A stretch of 64,000 nucleotides of DNA from Thermoanaerobaculia bacterium (GCA_963664405.1 OY761158.1:5568001-5632000); one strand, 5' to 3'; positions 1 through 8,977 are shown, counted from the stretch's first letter. The notes: a model not told the origin generated them from the sequence alone. Numbers and translations are program-made.

Positions 1-1065
1 GTGCATGGGGTAGGCGAAGAGCTCGGCATGACCGCCGTAGAACAAATCGGCGATCTCTCGTTGGTTTACTGCGAGATTGATCGCACGCCGAACGCGGACG
101 TCGTCGAAGGGTTTCTGGTCGGTCCGGAGGGCCATGAAGTTACCGACGCTCGACAGCGATCTCACCCACTTGAGCTCCGGTGTTGTCTCTTTCAGGTGAT
201 CGACCGCGATCCAGCGGATGGCCTCGAGGATGTCGAGTTTGCCGGTACGAAGAGCAGTCAGAAAGGTCGCCTCGTCTTTGATCGTCCTATAGTTGATCTC
301 GTCCACAAAGGGGATCTCGTATTGCTGTCCTCCGAGCTTCTCTCGATCCCAGTAGGCCGGGTTGCGCTGATAGGTCTGAGAGTGGCCCTGGATGAAGTCG
401 GTCAATTGAAAGGGCCCTGTTCCGACGGCGTTGCGCCAGTTCTTGGCGTCGACGTCGGCCATCTCCCTCGGCACGATGGCCGAGTAGTAGCCGTAGCCGA
501 ATCGGTAGGCCCACTCGACGTTGAACTCGCTGAACTCGAAGACCACCGTGTGCTTGTCCCGCGCCTCGACCTTGGCGATGTGGTCGAAGTAGGTGGAGAT
601 TTTTTTTGGACTCGCGTCGAGCCGGTAGTAGCTGAAGACCACATCTTCGGCGTCGAGCTCCCGCGACTTCATCACTCCTGGTTTGTCGGGGAAACGGATG
701 CCTCGGCGCAGATGAATCACCAACGTGAGCGGCGTCTCCCACTCCCAACTCTCAGCCAGCTCGCCGCGGAGAGCGTCGTCGGGTAGGTAGGCCTCGGAGC
801 GGAAAATGTACTTGCCGCCCTTGCGCACGCTCTTTTCCAGGTCGGCGGCGAAGAGCTGCTCGTAGAACATTCCGGTGTCGTGATTGAGCTTCCAGTTCCA
901 GTCGGTCGGGTCCCAGGACAGAGCCGAGAGAGTGACAGTGACGGTGCCGATATCGAGGGTGCCGCCGTACTGCGGCTCTTCGGGCGCCTGCGCCCCTGCT
1001 CCAAGGCAGAAGAGGATCAGCAGTGCTGCAACCAGGCTTAGGCGATTCCGTATTGGGTCCCTCAT
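1..1065 (-). CDS. ABC transporter substrate-binding protein, family 5 (DppA/OppA-like); runs off the window start
   Basis: Not in the ORF track; read manually. ATG at 1065 overlaps the TGA of the upstream permease (ATGA). Reads MRDPIRNRLSLVAALLILFCLGAGAQAPEEPQYGGTL...GELAESWEW...HLRRGIRF...AEDVVFS...GTGPFQL...RNPAYW...PFDDVRVRRAINLAVN, open to base 1. Confidence 0.9.
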   Translation of the reverse strand, partial: MRDPIRNRLSLVAALLILFCLGAGAQAPEEPQYGGTLDIGTVTVTLSALSWDPTDWNWKLNHDTGMFYEQLFAADLEKSVRKGGKYIFRSEAYLPDDALRGELAESWEWETPLTLVIHLRRGIRFPDKPGVMKSRELDAEDVVFSYYRLDASPKKISTYFDHIAKVEARDKHTVVFEFSEFNVEWAYRFGYGYYSAIVPREMADVDAKNWRNAVGTGPFQLTDFIQGHSQTYQRNPAYWDREKLGGQQYEIPFVDEINYRTIKDEATFLTALRTGKLDILEAIRWIAVDHLKETTPELKWVRSLSSVGNFMALRTDQKPFDDVRVRRAINLAVNQREIADLFYGGHAELFAYPMH

Positions 1066-1961
1066 CGGCTTCCTCGCATTCTCGGGTCGAGCAGGTCGCG
1101 CAGCGCATCGCCAAAAACATTGATCGCGTAGACGACGATGGTGAGGCATAGACCTGGTGCAAGGGCCAGCCACGGGCCCAGGTACATATAGGTTCGACCG
1201 GTACCACTGAGCATGCTGCCCCAGGTCGGCGCCGGCGGCGGAACTCCCAGGCCGAGAAACGAGAGACCGGCCTCGGCCAGAATGACGGCTCCCACGCGGG
1301 TGCTGAAGAGAACGATCACGACCGGCATCACATTGGGGAGGATGTGTCGCCAAAGGATCCGCGGCGTACGCGCGCCGATGGACTGCGCCGCGTGGGTGTA
1401 CATCTGCTCGCGGATGGTGATCACTGATCCGCGCACGATCCGCGAGCCGGCGATGCCATAGAGCAGACCAAGGATGACGATGATTTGAACGAGGCCCGGC
1501 CCGACGATCGAAATGACGACAATCAGCAGGACGAGACCGGGGAAGATCATCCAGGCGTCGACCATGCGCTGAATCAACATGTCGATACGACCGCCGAAGT
1601 AACCCGAGACAACGCCGAGGAGAATCGAGATGAAAGTGGCCAGGCCGGCTGCACAGAAGCTAACGATCATCGAGATCTGGCCACCGATCAGCACCCGCGA
1701 GAGCACGTCACGCCCGAGGTGGTCGGTACCCAGGAGGAAGGCGAGCGAAGGAGGCTCGAGCCGATGCACCAGGTTGGTGTCGTTCATCCCGAAGGGCGCC
1801 AGTAGATCGGCGAAGATCCCAGCGAGAAGAAAGACCAGGAAGATGAGACCGCCGGCTGCTCCCAGCGGCTTGGTGCGGATCAGACGCGACAGGAGCTCGA
1901 CAACAGGTCCACGCCGCTTCCGAGGCAGCTCCATCGTAGTCACGACAGTTTCCGACGTCAT
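1062..1961 (-). CDS. Peptide/nickel ABC transporter permease (DppC/OppC type)
   Basis: LLGTDHLGRDVLSR, EAA-like loop (HAAQSIGA...RHILPN) and LSFLGLGVPPPAPTWG motifs. Confidence 0.93.
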   Translation of the reverse strand: MTSETVVTTMELPRKRRGPVVELLSRLIRTKPLGAAGGLIFLVFLLAGIFADLLAPFGMNDTNLVHRLEPPSLAFLLGTDHLGRDVLSRVLIGGQISMIVSFCAAGLATFISILLGVVSGYFGGRIDMLIQRMVDAWMIFPGLVLLIVVISIVGPGLVQIIVILGLLYGIAGSRIVRGSVITIREQMYTHAAQSIGARTPRILWRHILPNVMPVVIVLFSTRVGAVILAEAGLSFLGLGVPPPAPTWGSMLSGTGRTYMYLGPWLALAPGLCLTIVVYAINVFGDALRDLLDPRMRGSR

Positions 1962-2908
1962 TGATGACGGACCTTGGGGTCGAGAAGGCCGTAGCTGAGG
2001 TCCACGGCGAGGTTGATCAGCAGAACTCCGACCCCGACGACGAGAAAGACGCCGGAGACCACAGGGTAGTCACGCGAGGAGACCGCCTCGAGGAGGAGCA
2101 GACCCATCCCTGGCACGACGAAGATCTGCTCCATGATCACCGCTCCGCCGATGAGGACGGGCGCCTGCAGGCCGATCAGGGTCACCACCGGAATCAGGCC
2201 GTTGCGAAGAGCGTGGCGCACGACGAGAAGTACTTCTCCTACTCCCTTGGCTCGCGCGGTGCGAATGTAGTCCTGGCGCATCACCTCGAGCATCATCGTT
2301 CGGGTCATCCGCATGGTTACCGCGGACATCGACAGGCCGAGAAGAGTGGCAGGCACGATCATGTGGCTCAGATTCTTGATCGGATCCTCCAGGAATGGGG
2401 TGTACTCGAGCGCCGGTGACCAGCGCCACCAGACCGAGGGAAAGACCATCACCAGGGTGCCGAGCCAGAAGCTGGGGATCGCAAGCATCAGAAGTGAGAA
2501 AGAGCGGGTGATGTAGTCGCCCAGAGAGTCCTGGCGCATTGCGGAGTAGACCCCGATCGGTAGCGCGACCGAGAGCGCGACGATCAGAGCGAGCAGGCCG
2601 AGCTCGAAGCTGATCGGCATGCGCGCGAGAAGCTGTTCACTTACCGGGGTGTTCTGCCACAGCGAGTTACCGAAGTCTCCCATCATCGCGGAGCCGACCC
2701 AGCGGAAGTACTGGACGATAACCGGCCGGTCGAGGCCGAGAGCCGCCTCGATGTTGGCCCGATCTTGCCCGGTCGAGATGTCGTTCTGCGACAACATCAG
2801 ATCGATCACATCGCCGGGGATGAGGCGGATCGAGAAAAAAACGATCACGCTGGCGAAGATCAGTGTCGGGATGAGCGCCAAGAGTCGCCGGATGATGTAT
2901 GCCTGCAT
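1958..2908 (-). CDS. Peptide/nickel ABC transporter permease (DppB/OppB type)
   Basis: YIIRRLL, LGLDRP..QY, DYIRTARAKG...HALRN and RDYPVV motifs; 4-nt overlap with the next gene. Confidence 0.93.
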   Translation of the reverse strand: MQAYIIRRLLALIPTLIFASVIVFFSIRLIPGDVIDLMLSQNDISTGQDRANIEAALGLDRPVIVQYFRWVGSAMMGDFGNSLWQNTPVSEQLLARMPISFELGLLALIVALSVALPIGVYSAMRQDSLGDYITRSFSLLMLAIPSFWLGTLVMVFPSVWWRWSPALEYTPFLEDPIKNLSHMIVPATLLGLSMSAVTMRMTRTMMLEVMRQDYIRTARAKGVGEVLLVVRHALRNGLIPVVTLIGLQAPVLIGGAVIMEQIFVVPGMGLLLLEAVSSRDYPVVSGVFLVVGVGVLLINLAVDLSYGLLDPKVRHQ

Positions 2909-3048
2909 TGCTGTGTGTTCGTCGTTTCTAAGGAGCCGCCTATCCTAGAACAACTGAGAGCTTGCTGAGACAGATCCGGATGGATAGCGGTCTCCCTCCT
3001 CCACTGCCGCGCCGCCGCAAGTGGTGCCACTGTCGAATAGGGGAGATA

Positions 3049-3114
3049 GATTGGACTACTGAATGTTGAATGATTGGTATAAATGGATCTTGTATTTATT
3101 CGATATGGATCTTG
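3049..3114. promoter_or_regulatory. Putative MocR/PdxR operator in an AT-rich divergent promoter region
   Basis: Exact direct repeat ATGGATCTTG at 3083-3092 and 3105-3114 (22-bp period), plus GATTGG at 3049 and 3072, immediately upstream of the MocR gene RBS (GAAGGAG). Confidence 0.5.
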
Positions 3115-3127
3115 AAGGAGACCTGAA

Positions 3128-4681
3128 ATGCGCCGAAAATCCGGGATAGAGAGCTACCAAATGTTCCGCGAATCAGGAATCAGCCTCACCCCGGGAGTCG
3201 GCCAACCGCTTTACCGGCAGATCTTCGATCAGGTGGCAGCCCGGGTCTCGAGCGGCGTGCTGACACCTGGCTTCAGGCTCCCTCCGACTCGTGTTCTTGC
3301 CGAGGAGCTAGGTGTTCATCGCAACACGGTCGTGCGTGCTTTCGAAGATCTCGTGGCGGCCGGGTTCCTGGTGTCGGTCGTCGGTCGAGGGAGCTTCGTC
3401 ACCTCCGCCCCGCTCCCTGCCAGTATTTCGCCACCGCCGTCCCGCCCCTCTCTGCCCTGGGTCTCGCTGGTGTCGCGCGCGGCCTCAGCAGAACCGCTCG
3501 GGCGCGCCGACGCCCTGGCCGGGCCGGCTCCCAGCGGCAACCCGGTCAACCTCAGCCGCATGGAGCCGGCGGGTGAGCTGCTGCCGCACGAGCTCCTCCG
3601 ACGCTGCCTCGATCACGTGCTGCGCGATCGAGCCGCGTCGGCTCTCGGCTATTCGCCGCGGGAGGGCCTGCCGCGGCTTCGTGAGCTGATCGCCGCCGAG
3701 CTCTCTCGCTCCGGGGTCCCGGCCGAGGTCGATGACGTACTGGTGACGACCGGCAGTCAGCAGGCCCTCGATCTGGTAGCGAGAGCCCTGATCGATCCGG
3801 GCGACCCTTTTCTGGTCGAGGAGTCGACCTACAGCGGTGCAATCAACCTCTTTGCGGTGGCCGGAGCGCGTGTCGTCGGTGTTCCGAGCGATGGCGACGG
3901 CCCCGACCCGGCCGCCCTCGAACGTCACGATCGAAGCCGGGCCAAGGGCTTCTACATGATGCCCAACTGCGGCAACCCGACTGGGGCCTGCGTCTCCGCC
4001 GAGCGTAGGCACGCGCTGGTCGCTTGGTCGCGAAGAGCCGGAGTCCCTCTGATCGAGGACGACTACGGCGCTGACCTCAATCTCGACGGTGTTCCTCCGC
4101 CGCCCGCACTCAAGGCCCTCGACAGCGAGGTCATTTATCTCGGCACCTTTTCGAAGAAGTTGATTCCGGCGCTGCGAGTCGGGTTTCTGGTCTGCCCGAA
4201 GGCACTCCGGCGCCAGCTAGTACCTCTCAAGCACGCCATGGACCTGGGCACGTCGGTCCTATTGCAGCACGCGCTGTGCGAGTTTCTCGAGCGCGGCTAC
4301 ATGCGCGCACACCTTGCGAAGGTGCTACCCGAGTATCGCGCGCGCCGTGACGCTTTGGCAGCCGGCCTGAGCGAGGGGTTGCCCGATGGCGTCGAGTGGA
4401 CGCCGCCGGCCAGAGGCTTGGTGCTCTGGCTGCAGCTGCCCGAGGGCAGCGACCCAGGGGCGGTGTGTGAGGAGGCCAGTCGTCGCGGAGTGCTGGTGAC
4501 TCCCGGGGCAATTTACAGCCCCACCGGCCGCAGCCGGCCCAGCTTACGGCTGGCGTTCTGCGGCGAGCCGCCGGAGCGGATCGCCGTCGGCGCGCAGCGC
4601 CTTTGTCGCGCGATCGATGCGGCGGCCGGTCGCGGTCGCGGCTCGGGTTCCACACGAGCCCCGGCCATCGATGTTCTTTAG
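3128..4681 (+). CDS. pdxR: MocR/GabR-family transcriptional regulator (GntR wHTH + PLP aminotransferase-like domain), PdxR-like
   Basis: PLYRQI...[23 protein letters not shown] wHTH; [13 protein letters not shown] and GTFSKKL PLP motifs; directly upstream of pdxS/pdxT. Confidence 0.85.
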   Translation: MRRKSGIESYQMFRESGISLTPGVGQPLYRQIFDQVAARVSSGVLTPGFRLPPTRVLAEELGVHRNTVVRAFEDLVAAGFLVSVVGRGSFVTSAPLPASISPPPSRPSLPWVSLVSRAASAEPLGRADALAGPAPSGNPVNLSRMEPAGELLPHELLRRCLDHVLRDRAASALGYSPREGLPRLRELIAAELSRSGVPAEVDDVLVTTGSQQALDLVARALIDPGDPFLVEESTYSGAINLFAVAGARVVGVPSDGDGPDPAALERHDRSRAKGFYMMPNCGNPTGACVSAERRHALVAWSRRAGVPLIEDDYGADLNLDGVPPPPALKALDSEVIYLGTFSKKLIPALRVGFLVCPKALRRQLVPLKHAMDLGTSVLLQHALCEFLERGYMRAHLAKVLPEYRARRDALAAGLSEGLPDGVEWTPPARGLVLWLQLPEGSDPGAVCEEASRRGVLVTPGAIYSPTGRSRPSLRLAFCGEPPERIAVGAQRLCRAIDAAAGRGRGSGSTRAPAIDVL

Positions 4682-4727
4682 TGGAGGTCCCCCAACCTGG
4701 GTGGACGTTCTCGATTGGAGGTTAGTG

Positions 4728-5609
4728 ATGCAAGAAGCGACATTTCAAAGCAAAGTGGGTCTTGCCCGGATGCTTGCCGGCGGAGCGATCATGGACGTGA
4801 CCGACGCCGACCAGGCGCGCATCGCGCAAGAAGCGGGCGCGACTGCGGTCATGGCTCTCGAGCGAGTGCCGGCCGACATTCGCCGCGACGGCGGAGTGGC
4901 CAGGGCCAGCGACCCGGAGCGAGTGACCTCGATCCAACAGGCGGTCTCGATTCCGGTGATGGCGAAGTGCCGCATCGGTCACTTCATGGAGGCACGGGTG
5001 CTCGAGGCACTCGAGGTCGACTTTATCGACGAGAGCGAAGTGCTTAGCCCGGCCGACGAAGCCTTTCATATCGACAAGGGCGGCTTTCGCGTGCCTTTCG
5101 TGTGCGGCTGTACCGACCTCGGTGAAGCCCTCAGGCGCATCGGCGAGGGCGCGGCGCTGCTGCGAACCAAGGGCGAAGCTGGCACCGGCAACATCATCGA
5201 GGCGGTCCGCCACCTGCGCGCCCTACGCACCTCGATTCGTCGGCTCGGGACCCTGGGCCACGAGGAGCTGATGACCGAGGCAAAGGTGCTCGGCGCGCCC
5301 TTTCCGCTGCTCGAAGAAGTGGCCAACCGCGGTCGTCTCCCGGTGCCGAACTTCGCCGCCGGTGGTATCGCGACGCCCGCGGACGCCGCCCTGTGCATGG
5401 CGCTGGGTGCGGAGGCGGTATTCGTCGGCAGCGGCATCTTTCTGAGCTCCGACCCGGCGGGACGAGCCCGCGCGATTGTCGAGGCGACCACCCACTGGGA
5501 AGACCCGGCCAAGCTTGCTGAGATCTCGACCGGGCTGGGCGAGGCGATGGCGGGCCTGGAGATCTCGAGCCTGGCCGAGAGCGAGCGCTACGCGACGCGA
5601 GGCTGGTGA
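4728..5609 (+). CDS. pdxS: Pyridoxal 5'-phosphate synthase lyase subunit
   Basis: [52 protein letters not shown]. Start moved to ATG 4728, which follows a GGAGG RBS. Confidence 0.97.
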   Translation: MQEATFQSKVGLARMLAGGAIMDVTDADQARIAQEAGATAVMALERVPADIRRDGGVARASDPERVTSIQQAVSIPVMAKCRIGHFMEARVLEALEVDFIDESEVLSPADEAFHIDKGGFRVPFVCGCTDLGEALRRIGEGAALLRTKGEAGTGNIIEAVRHLRALRTSIRRLGTLGHEELMTEAKVLGAPFPLLEEVANRGRLPVPNFAAGGIATPADAALCMALGAEAVFVGSGIFLSSDPAGRARAIVEATTHWEDPAKLAEISTGLGEAMAGLEISSLAESERYATRGW

Positions 5610-6259
5610 TGCGGATCGGAGTGATGGCGTTGCAGGGGGGATTCGCTCCTCACCTGAACGCCCTCACTCGTCTCGGCCACGAGGCGATCGAGATCCGGAC
5701 CGCGGGCGCACTCGAGGAGGCCGAAGGACTCGTTCTTCCCGGCGGCGAGTCGACCGCTCAGCTCGGCCTGCTCGAGCGCAGCGGTTTGCTCGTGTCATTG
5801 GAGGCTTGGCTCGACAGAGGTGGCCCGGTGCTCGCGACCTGTGCGGGGCTCATCGTGTTGGCGAGCCGGGTACGGAGTCCTAGCCCCGGAGGACGGACCT
5901 TCGGCCCGTCCTCGGGCCCAGCCCCACCTAAAAACTGCTCGCCTGCTGCGCAGGCTCCCAGTCAGCCGAGTCTAGGCCGGCTCGACGTCGAGGTTGAGCG
6001 CAACGCCTGGGGGCGCCAGATGCACAGTTTCGAAGCGGCGAGTGATCGCCATGGTCTACCGCTCGTATTCATCCGCGCACCTCGTATCACGCGGGTTGGC
6101 CCCGCTGCGGAGGTGCTCGACACTCTCGATGGTGAGCCGATCCTGGTGCGACAAGACGCGATCGTCGCCGCCACCTTCCACCCCGAGCTCACCGCTGATC
6201 TCGAGGTCGGCAGGATGGTGTTCGGTGAAGCCGTTCTGGCCCAGCGGGCTCAGGCGTAG
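5609..6259 (+). CDS. pdxT: Pyridoxal 5'-phosphate synthase glutaminase subunit (carries a 26-aa insertion)
   Basis: ALQG, LPGGEST, TCAGLI, RNAWGRQ..SFE, VFIRAP, TFHPEL; TGATG overlap with pdxS. Confidence 0.95.
   Translation: MRIGVMALQGGFAPHLNALTRLGHEAIEIRTAGALEEAEGLVLPGGESTAQLGLLERSGLLVSLEAWLDRGGPVLATCAGLIVLASRVRSPSPGGRTFGPSSGPAPPKNCSPAAQAPSQPSLGRLDVEVERNAWGRQMHSFEAASDRHGLPLVFIRAPRITRVGPAAEVLDTLDGEPILVRQDAIVAATFHPELTADLEVGRMVFGEAVLAQRAQA
5881..5958. repeat. Palindromic (double-hairpin) 78-nt in-frame insert within pdxT
   Basis: AGGACGG-ACCTTCGGC-CCGTCCT and GCCTG-CTGCG-CAGGC hairpins; removing 78 nt restores RVRSPSQPSLG. Confidence 0.55.
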
Positions 6260-6846
6260 TTCGCTTGCAGGAAGCGCTCGCAATTGCGACAGAAACGAAA
6301 ACCGCGAGTGTCGATGATCGCGCGGACGTAGCCTCGTTCGCCGAAGCGGTTGAAGTCGCCTTTGGTCATCGGGCAGTAGCCGCCGTCGGCCGCCCTGGCT
6401 TGGCCGTAGTGGTGCATCAACCCGAAGTTGTGGCCGATCTCGTGCAGGGCGACTTTGAGCAGGCGCGCGGTCGCGACGTCGGAGCTCCGCCCTTGTAGGC
6501 GTTTTGTCGAGACCACCGCGACATCGTTCGAGTTGTCTTTGCCACCGAACATGAAGTTCCAGAAGTCATCGCTGCTTCGATCCAAGAGATCGACCTCGGT
6601 GACACCGAGGATGTGCCCGCCGACCTCGAGGTTCAGCGACTTGGTGAGCAGGCCTGCGTCCAAACTCTCGACCGGAGGCGGGTCGTATTGGACGAGCTCC
6701 GTTTCGCTGATGATGTCGAGAAAGGACTCGCGAATTTTGGCGGCGAAGGCCTCGAACAGGAGGACGTTGAAGGGTTTGCCGACTCGTACCAGCTTGAGGC
6801 GGCTCAAGGCCTCTCGGGCCTTCCTCCTGCCCAGGTGCAGTGTCAC
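6250..6846 (-). CDS. Archaemetzincin-like zinc metallopeptidase (M54-like)
   Basis: ILGVTEVDL, AVVSTKRL, RLLKVALHEIGHNFGLMH, CPM Met-turn, C-terminal FCRNC. Confidence 0.75.
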   Translation of the reverse strand: MTLHLGRRKAREALSRLKLVRVGKPFNVLLFEAFAAKIRESFLDIISETELVQYDPPPVESLDAGLLTKSLNLEVGGHILGVTEVDLLDRSSDDFWNFMFGGKDNSNDVAVVSTKRLQGRSSDVATARLLKVALHEIGHNFGLMHHYGQARAADGGYCPMTKGDFNRFGERGYVRAIIDTRGFRFCRNCERFLQANYA

Positions 6847-6905
6847 CTTCTCGATTGTAACTCGTTCATAGTCGAGAAGCTATGTGTCGGCATGGCGGCG
6901 AGGGT

Positions 6906-7874
6906 CTAGATCGGTGCTCTTGCAGTCTTCGCAGCGGTCTCGGGCAGTTGGACGTCGATGCCGACACAACTACTGCAGGCATTACCCTCATCGTGTTTGT
7001 GCTCGGCCAGGAGCCGGTCTTGGGTAGTTTGATAAACGGGCTCAGAGGAGCGCGGAGTGCGGACGTCGGTCCCTGGACCATCGGTGGAGAGAGGGGACTG
7101 CCGCCAGCTATTGTCCGGCGACCAAAGGCGACCCAAATCAGCCACGGTACCCGGCTCCTGAGCGCTACTGAAGAGGTCGAGAGCGCCGCGGACGATCGTC
7201 AGCTGATCTTCTGGGTCATTCGCCTTGCCGGAGGTGTGGCCGAGGGGATAGTCGACGAAGGCGGCGCGAGGGGGAGCGACCGCCCTGGTGATATCCAGTG
7301 CTGAAGTCAGCGAGGTGGTGGGGATGCCCCGCGCCTCGAGCTCTCTTGCGATCAGACCGACCGATTGGTGGCAGACCGGTCACACCGGAACCAGCAGCGC
7401 GAGCTCTGCTCCTTCTTCTGCGGCGGCATTAGCGATCGCCGGGGCGAGTTTTTCTCGCACGCTGCGCGAAGAATAGATGCCGCCCATGAACGTGAAGGCG
7501 TTGGCGGTCAGGCTACCGACCTCACCCTTTGCCGCCATCGTTCGCAGCGTGTCGATCGGGAAGACCACATTGGGGTCGCGTCGGGCGTCGCTGAGATCGT
7601 AGGCGAAGTGCGTTGCTCGGAGCCGCTCGGTGTCTACATCAGTAGGGACTAGACGAAAAGAGATGTCGTCTTTGAAGTGGAAGGCGATTTGGCCACTTAC
7701 ATAGATCCCGCCCGAAGCGATCAGCGCGATCCGGCTCTCGGCCAGGGGCTTGCGCGGGCGAGTAAAGGGTGGCGGCGCCTCGCTGTGCACCCAGCGGTAC
7801 GGAGGGTAGCCGAGCGCTGAGTAGGTTTCGAGGGTGGCGTCGATGTAATCGACGGGCTGTGAGGTCCGGCTCAC
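6906..7874 (-). CDS. Selenoprotein, glycine/betaine/sarcosine/D-proline reductase selenoprotein B (PrdB/GrdB)-like; Sec at TGA 7380-7382; 322 aa
   Basis: Track ORFs 7380..7874 and 6906..7145 are in the same frame. Reading through TGA gives LLVPV-U-PVCHQSVGLIARELEARGIPT...PPRAAFVDYPLGHTSG. The N-half has KPLAESRIALIASGG and RDPNVVFPIDTLR, typical of the family. Confidence 0.9.
7349..7363 (-). promoter_or_regulatory. Putative bacterial SECIS element of the PrdB-like gene
   Basis: mRNA +17..+31 after UGA: CGGUC-GGUCU-GAUCG stem-loop with loop GU at +23/+24. Confidence 0.65.
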
Positions 7875-7940
7875 TCGATCGTCCTAGCGCCGATCAGGCC
7901 CCATCTGGCGCCCGCGGCGGTGACTTGTCCGGCGAAGGCA

Positions 7941-8753
7941 TCAGCCACCGGCGGCATCGGCCTTTGCGTCTCCGTCCGGTCCCTTCTCCAGCATGTCTTC
8001 AATCATGGCCTTGAATGCAGTGATGGGCTGAGCGCCTCGCAGTTGTTGGGTGACCTTGACCTTGCCCGTGTCGTCCACCCAGCCCAACAGAAAGGTGGGA
8101 GTGGCACTGACTCCGGCGCGCCGCGCCGTAAGCAGGTCTCCGTTCACACGCTCCTTTTGCCCCTGCTCCAAGCAGGATGCGAACTGGCCCTGGTCGAGGC
8201 CTACTTGCTGGGCGTAGCCGGGAAGGTTTTCCGGCTGGAGCTTGGTGTAATTGGCAAAGAGCAGGTCGTGCATCTCCCAATATTTGCCGCCGGCCTGGGC
8301 GCAGGCAGCCGCCTCAGCCGCCTTGAAGGCAAACGGGTGATTGCCGAGAGGGAAATCCATCACCGCGTAACGCACTTTGCCGGTCTTGATGTAGGTCTCT
8401 TCGATCTGCGGGTACGTCTCACGGACGTAGCGAGCGCAGTACGGTCATTGGTAGTCCAGGAACTCGATCACTGCGAGCTGTGCATTCACCGCCCCCTTTA
8501 CCGGCTTGCCGGCGAGGTCGAGGGTGGTATTGGGGGGCACCCCTTGGGGGCGCTTGGCCGGCTGCGTTGGGCGCTGGCTCACAAGCTGCTTGATCTCTTG
8601 CAGGGTCCGCTGGATCGCCTGCTGACCCTGCCTCAGCGCGTCGATCTGCTGCTGAAGGTCGGAGGCATCTTGGCCCTGTTGAGCCACTGCAGAGACCGGA
8701 ATCAGAGTCGCCGCGATCGCGGTCGCCGCCATTCGTTTCGAGATTGTTTGCAC
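7941..8753 (-). CDS. Selenoprotein, DsbA/DsbG-like thioredoxin-fold oxidoreductase with N-terminal signal peptide; Sec at TGA 8445-8447; 270 aa
   Basis: Track ORFs 8445..8786 and 7941..8375 are in frame. Read-through gives VIEFLDYQ-U-PYCARYVRETYPQIEETYIKTGKVRYAVMDFPL...AAEAAACA...YWEMHDLLF...GVSATPTF (cis-Pro loop). GTG start at 8753 follows GAGGAG. Confidence 0.92.
8406..8439 (-). promoter_or_regulatory. Putative bacterial SECIS element of the DsbA-like gene
   Basis: After UGA: lower stem CUGCG/CGCAG (+6..+10 / +35..+39), upper stem UACGUC/GACGUA (+16..+21 / +27..+32), loop CGUGA with GU at +23/+24. Confidence 0.75.
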
Positions 8754-8884
8754 GAGTCTCTCCTCGGTTTGGCTGTCGGCTCCCAATGCCGACTGATGCG
8801 CATTGCGCAGAGGCAGGCTACACCACCTCGCAATAATTAGGCTTCTAGACCCTTGAAATTCGAAAAAGGAATCCCACCTCTAGA

Positions 8885-8929
8885 ATGAAGAGAGAGGGAG
8901 AGGAGGAGGGTCTAGGCCGCCCTCCTCTC
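8885..8929 (-). terminator. Possible terminator hairpin after the LLM gene
   Basis: GAGAGGAGG/CCTCCTCTC inverted repeat followed on the minus strand by a pyrimidine-rich run; no clean U-tract. Confidence 0.35.
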
Positions 8930-8977
8930 GGGGTGTCAATCCGGAGTGTCAGGTCCTGTCTTCGGCTACGACGACTG

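Noticed and set aside
1-786. 261-aa plus-strand ORF in the track
   Set aside because: Antisense shadow of the minus-strand ABC substrate-binding gene; no recognisable motifs.
7875-7943. Second read-through (GG-U-C) fusing the DsbA-like and PrdB-like genes, which share a frame
   Set aside because: An in-frame TAG at 7884-7886 blocks fusion, the extension is not protein-like, and the shared SECIS signature is absent.
6906-8786. Four separate ORFs or two nonsense pseudogenes
   Set aside because: Both stops are TGA at the catalytic Cys position, with in-frame family-like continuation and matching hairpins; Sec read-through explains them better.
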